A stretch of 64,000 nucleotides of DNA from an uncultured delta proteobacterium (GCA_963712115.1 CAVQGX010000007.1:14978-78977), one strand, 5' to 3'. Shown: positions 10,073 through 19,823, counted from the stretch's first letter. A program made the numbers and translations. The notes: generated by a model from the sequence alone, not told the origin.

Positions 10073-10699
10073 CTATATGTTCGCGGCTTTACGTGCTTCT
10101 GCTATAAACTGAGTTACTTTCTCATGATCCTTAACCCCAGGACTCTGCTCCAAACCGCTGCTGGCATCCACGCCGTATGGTTTGACTATGCTGATGGCAG
10201 CGGCTACATTTTCCTGATTTAGGCCCCCTGCCAGAATGATCCGCCCATATTTCCCGGCCTCTAAAGCCCATTGCCAATTAAAGGTCATTCCGGTGCCACC
10301 CAGCTTGTCCGGCAGGTAAGTGTCCAGCAGCAGGGCCTGAACAACACCATCATATTCTGCCAGACTTTTGAGGTCCTGGCGGTTTCTCAACCGTATCGCC
10401 TTTATCACCCTCTGATTGAAGCTGTCACAGTAGTCAGCAGACTCACTGCCATGGAACTGGAGAATATCCAAACCACACATCTCAGCCACTGAGGATACTT
10501 CCCCGAGGTCTTCATCAACAAAAACTCCCACCGTTTGAACCAGGGGTGGCAGAGCTTTTATTATCTGTCGAGCCTTCTCGGGTGAGATGCGCCTTGGACT
10601 CGGGGCAAAAACGAAGCCAAGGGCGTCAGCGCCAAGTCGAGCTGCCGCCAAACCGTCTTCCTCGTTAGTTATACCGCAGATCTTTATCCACACGGTCAT
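10073..10699 (-). CDS. trpF: phosphoribosylanthranilate isomerase
   Basis: IKICGIT, SPRRI, QFHG.E, GGTG..F.W, LAGGL, GVDASSG.E motifs. Confidence 0.96.
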   Translation of the reverse strand: MTVWIKICGITNEEDGLAAARLGADALGFVFAPSPRRISPEKARQIIKALPPLVQTVGVFVDEDLGEVSSVAEMCGLDILQFHGSESADYCDSFNQRVIKAIRLRNRQDLKSLAEYDGVVQALLLDTYLPDKLGGTGMTFNWQWALEAGKYGRIILAGGLNQENVAAAISIVKPYGVDASSGLEQSPGVKDHEKVTQFIAEARKAANI

Positions 10700-10726
10700 A
10701 TAATTTACTCGCTCTTCTTATCCAAC

Positions 10727-11509
10727 CTAAGAACTCCTCCCCAATAGTTCTCTCAGCTTTGCTTCCGGGTCTTCGGCTCGCATAAGACTTGTCCCCACAA
10801 GTACTGCGTCAACGCCTGCTGACGCCAGAGACTGCAAATCACTCCTTGTCCGAATGCCGCTCTCACTTACAACTAAGCGATCTGAAGGAATGCGGGAACG
10901 CAGCCTGAGGGTAGTACCAAGGGATACCTCAAAGGTCCGCAGATCTCGGTTGTTGATCCCGATGAGACGGGCCTCCGTGTCCAGCACCCGAGACAATTCC
11001 TCTTCGTCATGGACCTCAACCAGGCAAGCCATAGCCAACTGACTCGCCATGGCTAGCAGTTCCTTCAGAATACTTTGCTGTAGAATTGCCGCAATTAATA
11101 GCAGTCCGTCGGCCCCAGCAGCACGGGCAGTGAAAATCTGTATGGGATCTATGATGAAATCTTTACAAAGAATCGGCAAAGAAACCGCCCCCCTCGCCTC
11201 CTCCAGGTATGCCAAGCGGCCCTCAAAGAAGTCTTCTTCTGTTATCACCGATATAGCAGCAGCCCCCGCCCTTTCATAACTGGTGGCAATTTTACTTACC
11301 TCAAGATCGGAACGAATTTGTCCAGCGGATGGGGAAGCTTTTTTGATCTCGGCTATTACTGCCGGCTTTTCACCATACTTCAGGGCAGCAAAAAAGTCTC
11401 GCGGCTCTGGGGCCGAAACCACAGCCTGTTCCAATTCTTTCTGGACTGACCTCTTCTTAAGCTCAGCCAAGCGTTCTTTCTTGCGTGCGACAATGTCGTC
11501 CAGAATCAT
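10727..11509 (-). CDS. trpC: indole-3-glycerol phosphate synthase
   Basis: IAEIKKASPS.G, KDFIID..Q, LVEVH, GINNRDL, SESGI motifs; start placed at MILDDI. Confidence 0.96.
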   Translation of the reverse strand: MILDDIVARKKERLAELKKRSVQKELEQAVVSAPEPRDFFAALKYGEKPAVIAEIKKASPSAGQIRSDLEVSKIATSYERAGAAAISVITEEDFFEGRLAYLEEARGAVSLPILCKDFIIDPIQIFTARAAGADGLLLIAAILQQSILKELLAMASQLAMACLVEVHDEEELSRVLDTEARLIGINNRDLRTFEVSLGTTLRLRSRIPSDRLVVSESGIRTRSDLQSLASAGVDAVLVGTSLMRAEDPEAKLRELLGRSS

Positions 11510-11553
11510 AACAATCCATCCACTTGCTAGACCATCAAAGGAACCGATCACGG

Positions 11554-11692
11554 CGCAGAGTGCGCAGCATATAGCTCTGAAGTTAAGTAGTCAGGAGCCA
11601 GAAGTCAGAATTCAGGAGAACCACGCATGCCACATTTGGCATCCAAAATCTTTTACCCTATGCTCCATGCCCTAGGCTCTATGCTCTATGCC
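11554..11692. repeat. nested heptamer arrays between trpD and trpC
   Basis: agtcagg-agccaga-agtcaga-attcagg lies inside gcgcag/gcatat ... ctatgct-ccatgcc-ctaggct-ctatgct-ctatgc. Confidence 0.7.
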
Positions 11693-12745
11693 TTATCGGT
11701 TGGTTATCTCTTTGAGCGCTTCCAGCTTTTTCATGGCCGCTCCCGAGTCGATGGCCTCCGCGGCCTGCTTAATACCTTCGTTGAAATCTCCGGCCCGCCC
11801 GGCAGCAACCAAGGCAGCAGCAGCATTGAGCAACACAATATCTCTTCGAGCTCCCGGTTCACCCTGGAGCACTCTTAGAACTATCTGGGCATTTTCATCA
11901 GCGTTGCCCCCTTTGATCTCATCAATAGACGCACGGGGCAGACCAAAATCTTCGGGTTCAATGGTGTACGTTGACACTTGACCATTTTTCAGCTCGCTGA
12001 CAAAGGTGCGGCCAGTAATGCTGATTTCATCGAGACTATCCTCGCCGTGCACCACAAAGGCACTCCGGGAGCCCAGCCTGTTCAAGACCTCGGCAAGAAC
12101 CGGTGTGAGCTTTTTATCGTAGACACCTAATATTTGGACATTGGCTCCTGCCGGATTTGTAAGAGGCCCGAGGATGTTAAAGATACTTCTAATGCCGATC
12201 TCTTTTCTGGGTCCAATGGCGTACTTCATTGCCCCGTGCAGTGCTGGTGCAAAGAGAAAGCCGATACCCACCCTACTGAGACACTCCTCCACCACTGCGG
12301 GGGACACATCCAAGTTCACCCCCAGATTCTCAATGACATCGGCGCTACCGCAAAGGCTCGATACCGAGCGATTTCCGTGCTTGGCCACCCGCAAGCCACA
12401 GCCTGCCACAACAAAGGCGGCAGTGGTGGAAACATTAAAAGTGTTGGTGCCGTCACCCCCCGTCCCGCAGGTATCGACGATGGTCTCCAAATCCAGGTTG
12501 ATGTCGTCCCGGTCCATGCTCACCATGGAATTATCCACAGCGATCCTAGTAGCTTTTCGTCGCATAACCCGGGCGGCTCCGGCAATTTCCTCGATGGTCT
12601 CACCTTTGAGCCTGAGGGCGGTGATGAAGGCGCCGATTTGGGCTGGCGTTGCCTCGCCGCTCATGATCACATCCATAGCAGCTTCCATTTCTTCTTCGCC
12701 CAGATCCTTGCCATCTACCACTTTCTGGATGGCCATCTTAAGCAT
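11693..12745 (-). CDS. trpD: anthranilate phosphoribosyltransferase
   Basis: [42 protein letters not shown] motifs. Confidence 0.97.
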   Translation of the reverse strand: MLKMAIQKVVDGKDLGEEEMEAAMDVIMSGEATPAQIGAFITALRLKGETIEEIAGAARVMRRKATRIAVDNSMVSMDRDDINLDLETIVDTCGTGGDGTNTFNVSTTAAFVVAGCGLRVAKHGNRSVSSLCGSADVIENLGVNLDVSPAVVEECLSRVGIGFLFAPALHGAMKYAIGPRKEIGIRSIFNILGPLTNPAGANVQILGVYDKKLTPVLAEVLNRLGSRSAFVVHGEDSLDEISITGRTFVSELKNGQVSTYTIEPEDFGLPRASIDEIKGGNADENAQIVLRVLQGEPGARRDIVLLNAAAALVAAGRAGDFNEGIKQAAEAIDSGAAMKKLEALKEITNR

Positions 12746-12778
12746 GATCTCCTCCTTTGGTGATCCTCTGGAAGTCTA

Positions 12779-12933
12779 AACCACGGAGAGCACAGAGCCC
12801 ACAGAGGGTTGGGATTTCTGATTGTTGATCTTAGATTGCAGATTGAGAAATCTTCCCTTTCTAGGTAAATCACTCTGCAATCTACAATCTAAAATCTAAA
12901 ATGTCCTCTGTGTTCTCAGTGGTCTCTGTGGTT
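12779..12933. repeat. composite fold-back element: outer 9-mer arms, inner 7-mer arms (copy 1)
   Basis: AACCACGGAGAGCACAGAG ... AGATTGCAGATT ... AATCTACAATCTAAAATCTAAAAT ... CTCTGTGGTT; homologous copies at 33195 and 49311. Confidence 0.85.
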
Positions 12934-12965
12934 AAACCCCATCTACCTTTGCCAGCTGTAAAAAT

Positions 12966-13529
12966 TCAAAGGGTCAGGAAGTTCTTCAGAATTCGCATAC
13001 CCTCACTGGTTAAAATCGATTCTGGGTGAAATTGAATTCCCTCCACCGGATATTCCCGGTGCCGTAACCCCATAATTTCACCGTCCTCGGACTCAGCTGA
13101 AATCTCCAAACAAGCAGGCAAACTCTCACGTTCGACAGCCAGTGAATGATAGCGGGTAGCAGTGAAAGGGTCGGGCAAATCATGAAAAATTGTTTTGCCG
13201 TCATGGGAGATTTCTGAAGTTTTCCCATGCATGAGTTGGGCGGCGTGCACCACTCGGCCTCCAAGGGATGCCCCAATGGCCTGGTGTCCTAAACAGACTC
13301 CGAGGATGGGCACCTTTCGATGAAACCGCTCGATTATCGGTATTGTTATTCCCGCCGACTGAGGAGTGCCTGGGCCAGGTGAGATCACAATTCGCTCTGG
13401 TCTCATCTTTTCAATGTCATCCAGGGTGATTTTATCGTTCCGCTTTACTAGAACTTCAGACCCCAACACCCCCAGGTACTGGACCAGGTTGTAAGTGAAT
13501 GAGTCGTAGTTATCAATCATGAGTATCAC
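12966..13529 (-). CDS. trpG: anthranilate synthase component II (glutamine amidotransferase)
   Basis: [36 protein letters not shown] motifs. Confidence 0.96.
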   Translation of the reverse strand: MILMIDNYDSFTYNLVQYLGVLGSEVLVKRNDKITLDDIEKMRPERIVISPGPGTPQSAGITIPIIERFHRKVPILGVCLGHQAIGASLGGRVVHAAQLMHGKTSEISHDGKTIFHDLPDPFTATRYHSLAVERESLPACLEISAESEDGEIMGLRHREYPVEGIQFHPESILTSEGMRILKNFLTL

Positions 13530-13548
13530 CTGGAAGTCCTCCTTAAGT

Positions 13549-13648
13549 CATTGCAGATATTAGATTTTAGATTTAAGATTGCAGATTAAATAATCTTAAA
13601 ATTTGCCCAATCATATCTGCCTCAATCCGAAATCCGCAATCCGAAATC
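13549..13648. repeat. fold-back heptamer array between trpE and trpG
   Basis: agatatt-agatttt-agattta-agattgc-agatt ... aatccga-aatccgc-aatccga-aat. Confidence 0.75.
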
Positions 13649-13652
13649 ATCA

Positions 13653-15143
13653 TCACACTAAGCCATTGTTGGCCATCTCCAAAGCTCTAACCAGTGCTTC
13701 ACCTTTGGCCACCGTCTCTTCATATTCAGACTGGGGAACTGAGTCGGCCACAATTCCTGCGCCCACCTGAAGGTAAACCTTACCGTTGCGCACCAGCATT
13801 GTTCGAATGGTGATGCAAAAGTCCATATTACCGGAGAATGAAAAATATCCCACTGCCCCGGCGTACAGTCCACGGCGGCTGGGCTCTAGTTCATCAATTA
13901 TTTCCATTGCCCGAACCTTGGGAGCACCAGAAACGGTACCAGCTGGAAAAGAGGCGCGAAGGACATCAAACATATCTAGCCCAGGCGCTAAATCCCCTTC
14001 CACATGAGAGACCAAGTGCATTACATGGGAGTAGTACTCCACCACCATCAGGTCGGTCACCTCCACTGTGCCAACAGTCGCCACTCGGCCAACATCGTTG
14101 CGGCCCAGATCCACAAGCATCACATGTTCAGCCCGTTCCTTTGGGTCAGCTAGCAATTCTTCCTCCAGCCGGCGATCCTCACTACTATTTTTTCCCCTGG
14201 GTCGAGTCCCGGCGATGGGTCGCAGAGCCACTCTTCCGTTTTCCAACCGCACCAAGACCTCGGGTGAGGCACCGATAACTACATCTCCGTCAAAATCAAG
14301 GTAATACATATAAGGCGATGGATTTATCCGCCTAAGGGCCCGATAGATGTCAAATGGTTCAGAAATGAGATCAGTTTCAAAACGCTGACTGAGTACCACC
14401 TGTATAGCCTCGCCGTCTTGAATGTATTGTTTTGCCCTCTTGACCATTCCCTCGAACCGATCCCGCTCCATGTTCACTCGCAGCACCAGCTCCTGCTTGG
14501 ACTTTCCTATCGGCTTTGAAGGGGGCACAGGCTCCCTAAGTAATCTTAGAGTCTCATCTATTTGAGCGACGGCCTGATCATAAGCGGCAGCATGGTTGAC
14601 GTATTCGGGCACATAGATGTTTGCCACCACCTTGATGGTTTGCGTCAAGTTGTCGTAGATCATTACTTGCTCAGGCATCATGAAGGCCGCATCCGGCATG
14701 CCAACCTCATCTGGTTTAAAGGTGGGCAGGTGTTCAATGAAACGAACGATGTCATAGCTCAAGTAACCAACCAGGCCACCAAAAAACCTGGGCAGACCCT
14801 CCACGGGTACAGCCCGGAAGGTTTGCATAAGATTCTTCAGGTAGTTGAGGGGCGATGCTTTGAATTTTCCGCATTGCTCGCCATTTCGAGTTAGTTCAAT
14901 GTGATCACCACGAGCCTTGACCAACAGCCTGGGGCGATGACCAATGAAGCTGTAGCGACCCCAGCGTTCTCCTCCCTCTACACTTTCCAACAAGAATGAT
15001 TCCGACCCTTTGGCAACCTTTTTAAATAGACTTATAGGCGTATCAGTGTCTGCGGTGACTTCTCGGAAAACAGGAATGATATTGCCTTGCCGAGCCAAAC
15101 TGAGGAATTCGTCCTTACTCGGGTGGTACACGGTAACCTCCAT
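13653..15143 (-). CDS. trpE: anthranilate synthase component I
   Basis: FLLESVEGGE.WGRYS, NPSPYMY, PIAGTRPRG, KERAEH.MLVDLGRND, PAGTVSGAPK motifs. Confidence 0.97.
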   Translation of the reverse strand: MEVTVYHPSKDEFLSLARQGNIIPVFREVTADTDTPISLFKKVAKGSESFLLESVEGGERWGRYSFIGHRPRLLVKARGDHIELTRNGEQCGKFKASPLNYLKNLMQTFRAVPVEGLPRFFGGLVGYLSYDIVRFIEHLPTFKPDEVGMPDAAFMMPEQVMIYDNLTQTIKVVANIYVPEYVNHAAAYDQAVAQIDETLRLLREPVPPSKPIGKSKQELVLRVNMERDRFEGMVKRAKQYIQDGEAIQVVLSQRFETDLISEPFDIYRALRRINPSPYMYYLDFDGDVVIGASPEVLVRLENGRVALRPIAGTRPRGKNSSEDRRLEEELLADPKERAEHVMLVDLGRNDVGRVATVGTVEVTDLMVVEYYSHVMHLVSHVEGDLAPGLDMFDVLRASFPAGTVSGAPKVRAMEIIDELEPSRRGLYAGAVGYFSFSGNMDFCITIRTMLVRNGKVYLQVGAGIVADSVPQSEYEETVAKGEALVRALEMANNGLV

Positions 15144-15168
15144 TTAATCTTCAGCTTAGAGTCAACAG

Positions 15169-15205
15169 AAAAAAGGCCGTGAGGATTTTCAGCTCCCACG
15201 GCCTT
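15169..15205 (-). terminator. second (distal) terminator of the trp attenuator
   Basis: Minus strand AAGGCCGTG...CACGGCCTTTTTT. Confidence 0.8.
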
Positions 15206-15209
15206 CAAT

Positions 15210-15250
15210 AAAAAGAAAAAGCCGTGGGCAAGGAGTTTACCCACGGCTTT
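15210..15250 (-). terminator. first (proximal) terminator of the trp attenuator
   Basis: Minus strand AAAGCCGTGGG-TAAACTCCTTG-CCCACGGCTTTTTCTTTTT. Confidence 0.88.
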
Positions 15251-15266
15251 GAAGTACTATTGGCTT

Positions 15267-15359
15267 CTACTCACCTGGCAGTGGATAAACTCCTACACAG
15301 ACGTACCACCACCAGTACCAGTTGACGAGATTTTTCTGTCTATTTAGGTTTTTCTTCAT
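15267..15359 (-). CDS. trpL: trp operon leader peptide (30 aa)
   Basis: MKKNLNRQKNLVNWYWWWYVCVGVYPLPGE* with AAGGA RBS; contains antiterminator arm AGGAGTTTATCCAC complementary to GTGGGTAAACTCCT of terminator 1. Confidence 0.92.
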   Translation of the reverse strand: MKKNLNRQKNLVNWYWWWYVCVGVYPLPGE

Positions 15360-15378
15360 AACTTGTCCTTACCGGAGG

Positions 15379-15408
15379 ACTTTAAAAAACAGTAGCAACC
15401 TTTGTCAA
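15379..15408 (-). promoter_or_regulatory. sigma70-type promoter of the trp leader
   Basis: TTGACA-N18-TAAAGT just upstream of trpL. Confidence 0.55.
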
Positions 15409-15582
15409 GGAAAAACTTTATGGTTATTCCTTCTCTGTTGGCTGCCTTAACTTTTTTATACGAATGTACCCAATTAAATACTTATTGCCATTTTGTCGGT
15501 GGAATGGCTTGACTCCTCTCTACTTTTTCTATAAATAATAAGCTCGTTTTGCGAGGTCATTTATATTATCTGGAGTGGTCAT

Positions 15583-15723
15583 ATGGCGAAACAAAAGAGA
15601 AGCGAGCGTAAAAGAGAGCTAGACAGACAGCGAAGAAGACGAAAAAAGAGGTTAAAACTACGAGCTAAAGGTCTATTGCCGCCTGTGGAGGAGTCCAAGA
15701 AGAAAGCTGCCCCCAAGGGCTAA
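15583..15723 (+). CDS. small very basic protein (46 aa), absent from ORF track
   Basis: MAKQKRSERKRELDRQRRRRKKRLKLRAKGLLPPVEESKKKAAPKG* with GGAG RBS. Confidence 0.7.
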   Translation: MAKQKRSERKRELDRQRRRRKKRLKLRAKGLLPPVEESKKKAAPKG

Positions 15724-15883
15724 GCTTGGTGATAGTCTAATTCTCTGCCCCCAAACTAGACAACCCTTAACAACATCCCTACTGATAACTACCCTACGGA
15801 TAGAGGCTAGCCGACAACCATCTATCTGTCTTCCCCCTGTATAGACCCTGTCACCCCAGCATTTTCGGCCTTCTTTAGGGAAC

Positions 15884-15899
15884 TGGCATTGTAATTGCA
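15884..15899 (+). promoter_or_regulatory. sigma54 (-24/-12) promoter
   Basis: TGGCATTGTAATTGCA: GG-N10-GC, near consensus, 38 nt before the ATG at 15937. Confidence 0.7.
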
Positions 15900-15936
15900 T
15901 AGTTATCAAGGCGAACTATCAGGCCAGGAGACTGTC

Positions 15937-16674
15937 ATGAAGCAGAAAACTTTGCTCCTTTTCCAGCTCTTGCTAGCGGTTTTCTCCATTTATTCAGTTC
16001 TCAAATACAGTGGCAACCAGCGTATGATCATCCCTCTTACCTGTCTTGTTGCCATGTTTTTGGTGGGGAAAGTAGAGACTGCTGTCACCGAAAGCGAGAA
16101 GAAGAAAAAGGACGAAAGGGCAAAAAGGAGAAAGGGTACTGAAGAAAAGACGACGTTCAAGCCAGTCGACTGCCTGCTTAAGAGCAAGAATGTGCTACTC
16201 CTGACCGATGCAATTCACTACCTTTTGAATGAGCTAGGCCTAAAAGTCTCCCGCTCTCCAGATCAGACTTTCATTGACCGCTTGATCAGAACGGATGACA
16301 GCAACCAGGTAACCTTTGGTCTGAAAGTGCTTGGAGACGTTGGAGAGCTTAGCGAGAATTGGGAGAGTTGGGAGGAAGTTACTGACTTTGATATGGGGAA
16401 AGGTGGGAATAGACGTCTTGTTCTTATCAGCAGCAATAGTACTCAAGAGGAAGATGACGGTAAGCCAAAGTTCAGCGATTTTCCAGCTAATATTCAAAGC
16501 CTACTTTCTTCCAAAAACATAGTTGCTATGACCACCCTCACCTTTTACAAAATTTATCTTCTTTGCCAAAAAAAGAGTGTTAAACCCGGAGCGATTCTTG
16601 ACCTTATTCACCGTCACCCCGGCGGTGTTTTCCGCTTGGAACAATATATGAAGGGTTCCAAACAGGCCGCTTGA
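15937..16674 (+). CDS. membrane-anchored hypothetical protein, possible degenerate restriction-endonuclease-like domain
   Basis: AGGAG RBS; two N-terminal hydrophobic helices, a basic linker and an alpha/beta domain (L.ELGLKV...IDRLI...FGLKV...LVLIS). Confidence 0.7.
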   Translation: MKQKTLLLFQLLLAVFSIYSVLKYSGNQRMIIPLTCLVAMFLVGKVETAVTESEKKKKDERAKRRKGTEEKTTFKPVDCLLKSKNVLLLTDAIHYLLNELGLKVSRSPDQTFIDRLIRTDDSNQVTFGLKVLGDVGELSENWESWEEVTDFDMGKGGNRRLVLISSNSTQEEDDGKPKFSDFPANIQSLLSSKNIVAMTTLTFYKIYLLCQKKSVKPGAILDLIHRHPGGVFRLEQYMKGSKQAA

Positions 16675-16750
16675 GCCTCCGTGCTTGGAGGCGAATCCCC
16701 TAGTATCACTTCACCCAACTCCCCAGAGTTCGAGAGGTAGACCTACTTGC

Positions 16751-16878
16751 GTCATTTATCATCTCCCATTGCACATTTCGCATTTATCATTTGTGCAAAG
16801 AGCCGAGCCCCATGAATGGTTTTATTTTTCAAGCTTGAACATACAATGATAAATGACAGATGCGAAATGAGAAATGAC
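16751..16878. repeat. fold-back heptamer array (NNCATTT / AAATGNN)
   Basis: catttat-catctcc-cattgca-catttcg-catttat-cattt ... caatgat-aaatgac-agatgcg-aaatgag-aaatgac. Confidence 0.8.
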
Positions 16879-16954
16879 CGCGGTGCCTAGTTATTTTTGT
16901 GGTATATTCTTCAGAATCGTTGAAGCGCTAATGAGATAGCAAATCGGAGCTCTG

Positions 16955-18682
16955 GTGAATCTCCCTACTCTGGATTGGATAATCATTCTAGCCTACCTTG
17001 CTGCTAGTCTGATAATCGGCTTTTACTTCTCCAAGAGAGCCCTGCGGAGCGTGGACGACTACTTCGTCTCAGGCCGTGTCCTCCCGTGGTGGCTGGCCGG
17101 CATGTCCATGATTGCCTCCGCCTTCGCCATCGACACTCCTTTAGGCATTACCGGCCTGGTGGCCAAGGATGGTATCCCGGGTGTGTGGTATGCCTGGTCC
17201 TTTGTTCTAGGGGGAGCTGGCGCCCTGGGGGCCTTCATCTTTGCCTCTTTGCTGAGACGTTCTGAAATCATTACTACGGCTGAACTTATAGAGCTCCGCT
17301 ATGATGGCCCCTCTGCCGCTTTTCTGAGAGGTTTCAAAGGTGTCTACTTCGGTATATTTGCCAATGCTGTCACTTTGGGCTGGATCATTAAGGCAGTCTG
17401 GACAATTAGTGGGGTGGTAGCCCCCACAATTGATCGCCATCTTCTCTTGGGTGTCATACTTTCGGTCACCCTTACCTATACAGCAGCATCAGGGCTTTGG
17501 GGCATCGCTGCGACAGATCTCATTCAGTTTGTGATCGGCTCCGCAGGTTCCATTACCCTGGCAGTGCTTGCCTGGAATCACATCGGTGGAATGGGAAATA
17601 TCATTGACGGCTTCGTCAGTAGATATGGAGCTGGATCAGCTGCAGAGAGACTTAGCTTTTTCCCAACTGTAGGCACGCCTTTTTTCGTAACATTCCTGGT
17701 CTTCATAACCCTGAAATGGTGGGGCAATCCGCCCCCGGCAATCACTCAAAGAATTATTTCTGCGAAAAACGAAAAGCACGCCTCCTTTTCAACCATGTTT
17801 TTTGCAGTGGTTGCCTTTGGCTTCAATTACTGGCCCATGATCTTGGTGGCAATGGTTTCACTTATTGTCTATCCAGATTTAGAGGTTCCCGAGGCAGGCT
17901 ATGCCATGTTGATCTTGAAGCTCCTCCCCTCTGGGCTCCTAGGACTCATGCTAGCCTCTCTAATGGCAGCCTTCATGTCTACCGTAGATACCCACATAAA
18001 CTTTGGCGCTGCCTACATGGTCAATGACCTCTATCGCCGTTTTATTATGAAAAAGGCCTCAGAAAAACATTACGTCCGTGCTTCTCAGGTTAGCACAGTG
18101 CTTATGCTGCTACTTGCAGTGGTGATTGCCTATAATCTCGATTCGGTAAGTGATGCCTGGTATTACATATCTATGCTGACAGCGGGTTACGGTATTGTCA
18201 TAGTCGTTCGCTGGTTTTGGTGGCGGGTAAACGCTTGGGCAGAGATTGCAGCACTGGCGAGTTCAGGAGTCGGCAGCACTCTCCTATCGCCGAAATTTGC
18301 CAAAGCCGTGGGTTACTGGGACCATATTCCCCATTTGGACTGGCAGTACAGGTTTATGATTGTGGTGGCTTTCTGTACCGTTTCCTGGGTGGTAGTCTGC
18401 TTTTTGACCAAACCCACAGCAGAAGAGCATTTGAAAAAATTCTGCGCTAAGGTGAAACCTTTTCCTACCCTTTGGGGGCCTATCTATAAGAAAAATCCCG
18501 AGCTGGATTGGAATCCACATTTCACCAGATCATGCCTAAACTGGGTACTCGGTGCTGCCACCGTCTACTGTTTTTGTTTTGGCACAGGCCACCTTTTGTT
18601 CTTGAACTTCACCTATGGCTTCGTGCTCCTTGCATTAGCCGCTGTTCTAGCAATAATTATTCTGATAATTTGGAAAAGTTAG
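16955..18682 (+). CDS. sodium:solute symporter family protein
   Basis: Many TM helices; DYFVSGR.LPWW.AG.SM.A, GLWG...TDL.QF, AAFMSTVDTH.N.GA motifs. Confidence 0.92.
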   Translation: MNLPTLDWIIILAYLAASLIIGFYFSKRALRSVDDYFVSGRVLPWWLAGMSMIASAFAIDTPLGITGLVAKDGIPGVWYAWSFVLGGAGALGAFIFASLLRRSEIITTAELIELRYDGPSAAFLRGFKGVYFGIFANAVTLGWIIKAVWTISGVVAPTIDRHLLLGVILSVTLTYTAASGLWGIAATDLIQFVIGSAGSITLAVLAWNHIGGMGNIIDGFVSRYGAGSAAERLSFFPTVGTPFFVTFLVFITLKWWGNPPPAITQRIISAKNEKHASFSTMFFAVVAFGFNYWPMILVAMVSLIVYPDLEVPEAGYAMLILKLLPSGLLGLMLASLMAAFMSTVDTHINFGAAYMVNDLYRRFIMKKASEKHYVRASQVSTVLMLLLAVVIAYNLDSVSDAWYYISMLTAGYGIVIVVRWFWWRVNAWAEIAALASSGVGSTLLSPKFAKAVGYWDHIPHLDWQYRFMIVVAFCTVSWVVVCFLTKPTAEEHLKKFCAKVKPFPTLWGPIYKKNPELDWNPHFTRSCLNWVLGAATVYCFCFGTGHLLFLNFTYGFVLLALAAVLAIIILIIWKS

Positions 18683-18852
18683 CTACTGAAAGCTGAACGC
18701 TCATGGCGCGAGTCCAAAAAAACGTTGTTTTCGGATGAGCACTAGCTAGTTAGTGAAGGTGAACCTGCTCTTTTGCAGGTCATTCTCAGGAGTCCCGCTT
18801 AAGCGGCATGAGGAAGAATGTCGCAGTTGGCGGAAAAGTAGGCAATATCTCT

Positions 18853-19182
18853 TTATTTGTCGCCGCGGACGAAATACACGTAGATATTCACTGCCGCAAT
18901 GGCAATAAACCCACCACAGAAAATCAGCAGTTTTTCGGCATTAAAATCCAAAGCATTAGTCCCCTCTACCGTCAGCTGAAAAAGAAGAAGAAAAGCTGGG
19001 GCAGATAGAAGGGTAACCAGTGCCTTTTCCATCCCCCGGATTATGAAAACAATACTGCAGACCACCATAAAACCTATGAAATAGGGATTCTTTATCAGGG
19101 TCAGCATGTCAATCGAGGCAAGGATATCATTGAGCCTGCTGAAATCCAGGTCTCTTATGGCGGATATAATGTCTGACAACAT
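18853..19182 (-). CDS. small membrane protein, hypothetical
   Basis: Three hydrophobic segments; AAGGAG RBS. Confidence 0.7.
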   Translation of the reverse strand: MLSDIISAIRDLDFSRLNDILASIDMLTLIKNPYFIGFMVVCSIVFIIRGMEKALVTLLSAPAFLLLFQLTVEGTNALDFNAEKLLIFCGGFIAIAAVNIYVYFVRGDK

Positions 19183-19258
19183 GGTTGACAAACTCCTTGC
19201 TTTTTATTCTATAAGCCAAGCTAGCATAATAACTTGATTTATTATACAGTATTTATTT

Positions 19259-19274
19259 AGCAACTCCTATGCCA
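19259..19274 (-). promoter_or_regulatory. sigma54 (-24/-12) promoter
   Basis: Minus strand TGGCATAGGAGTTGCT: GG-N10-GC. Confidence 0.65.
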
Positions 19275-19395
19275 TAAGTTGCACCTCCAACCTGTCAAAA
19301 AGATTTTCTCCTCCTTCTTCGCCTCAAGACTCAGATCTGATATTTTACCATACTCCTGCTGCGCCCTCGGACACGACCATTCTCCCTGGCCTAGC

Positions 19396-19571
19396 CCGGA
19401 TGTTTCATGAATCACTTGCTGCGACCGCGGATATGAACGTCCTTCCGGGCGTCCTCAGGTGTCGTACCCTGCGACGTACCGTTCAGGTACGCCTCGGGTT
19501 CAACACCCTGCGGTTGCCCGGTGGCACGCCCATCTTCGTGGTCTCGCGACAGCAATTCATGAAACATCCGG
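19396..19571 (+). mobile_element. MITE-like element, family A, copy 1
   Basis: Perfect 17-bp TIR CCGGATGTTTCATGAAT...ATTCATGAAACATCCGG; non-coding; homologous to 26621 and 58801. Confidence 0.85.
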
Positions 19572-19823
19572 CCTGGGACTTACTCTTGAGGGATCCAGCC
19601 AACTGTGCCGCTTCTTGCCATCGTTGTTCAGAGTCAATTAGTTAACTCAAAGTATTAGCCTTATGATAAAAAAGCTAATTATTACGAGCTATTAAAAATA
19701 TATGAATCATGGTATGAGCTGCAAATTAAGTTGGCTAGACTGAGTGAGATGCCCAGTGTGGGTAGGGCCACCGATTCTGCAGACCTATAATCTCTGGTTG
19801 ATCAGGTAGTTTGGCAGGCAGGT

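Noticed and set aside
12490-12545. Extra segment [13 protein letters not shown] in TrpD as an intein or novel insert
   Set aside because: It is short, has no intein motifs, and resembles an insert I recall from other deltaproteobacterial TrpD proteins.
19400-19645. ORFs spanning MITE copies (also 26559-26825, 26608-26790 and 58780-58986)
   Set aside because: Their similarity comes from the non-coding repeat; frames and ends differ between copies and there are no transposase motifs.
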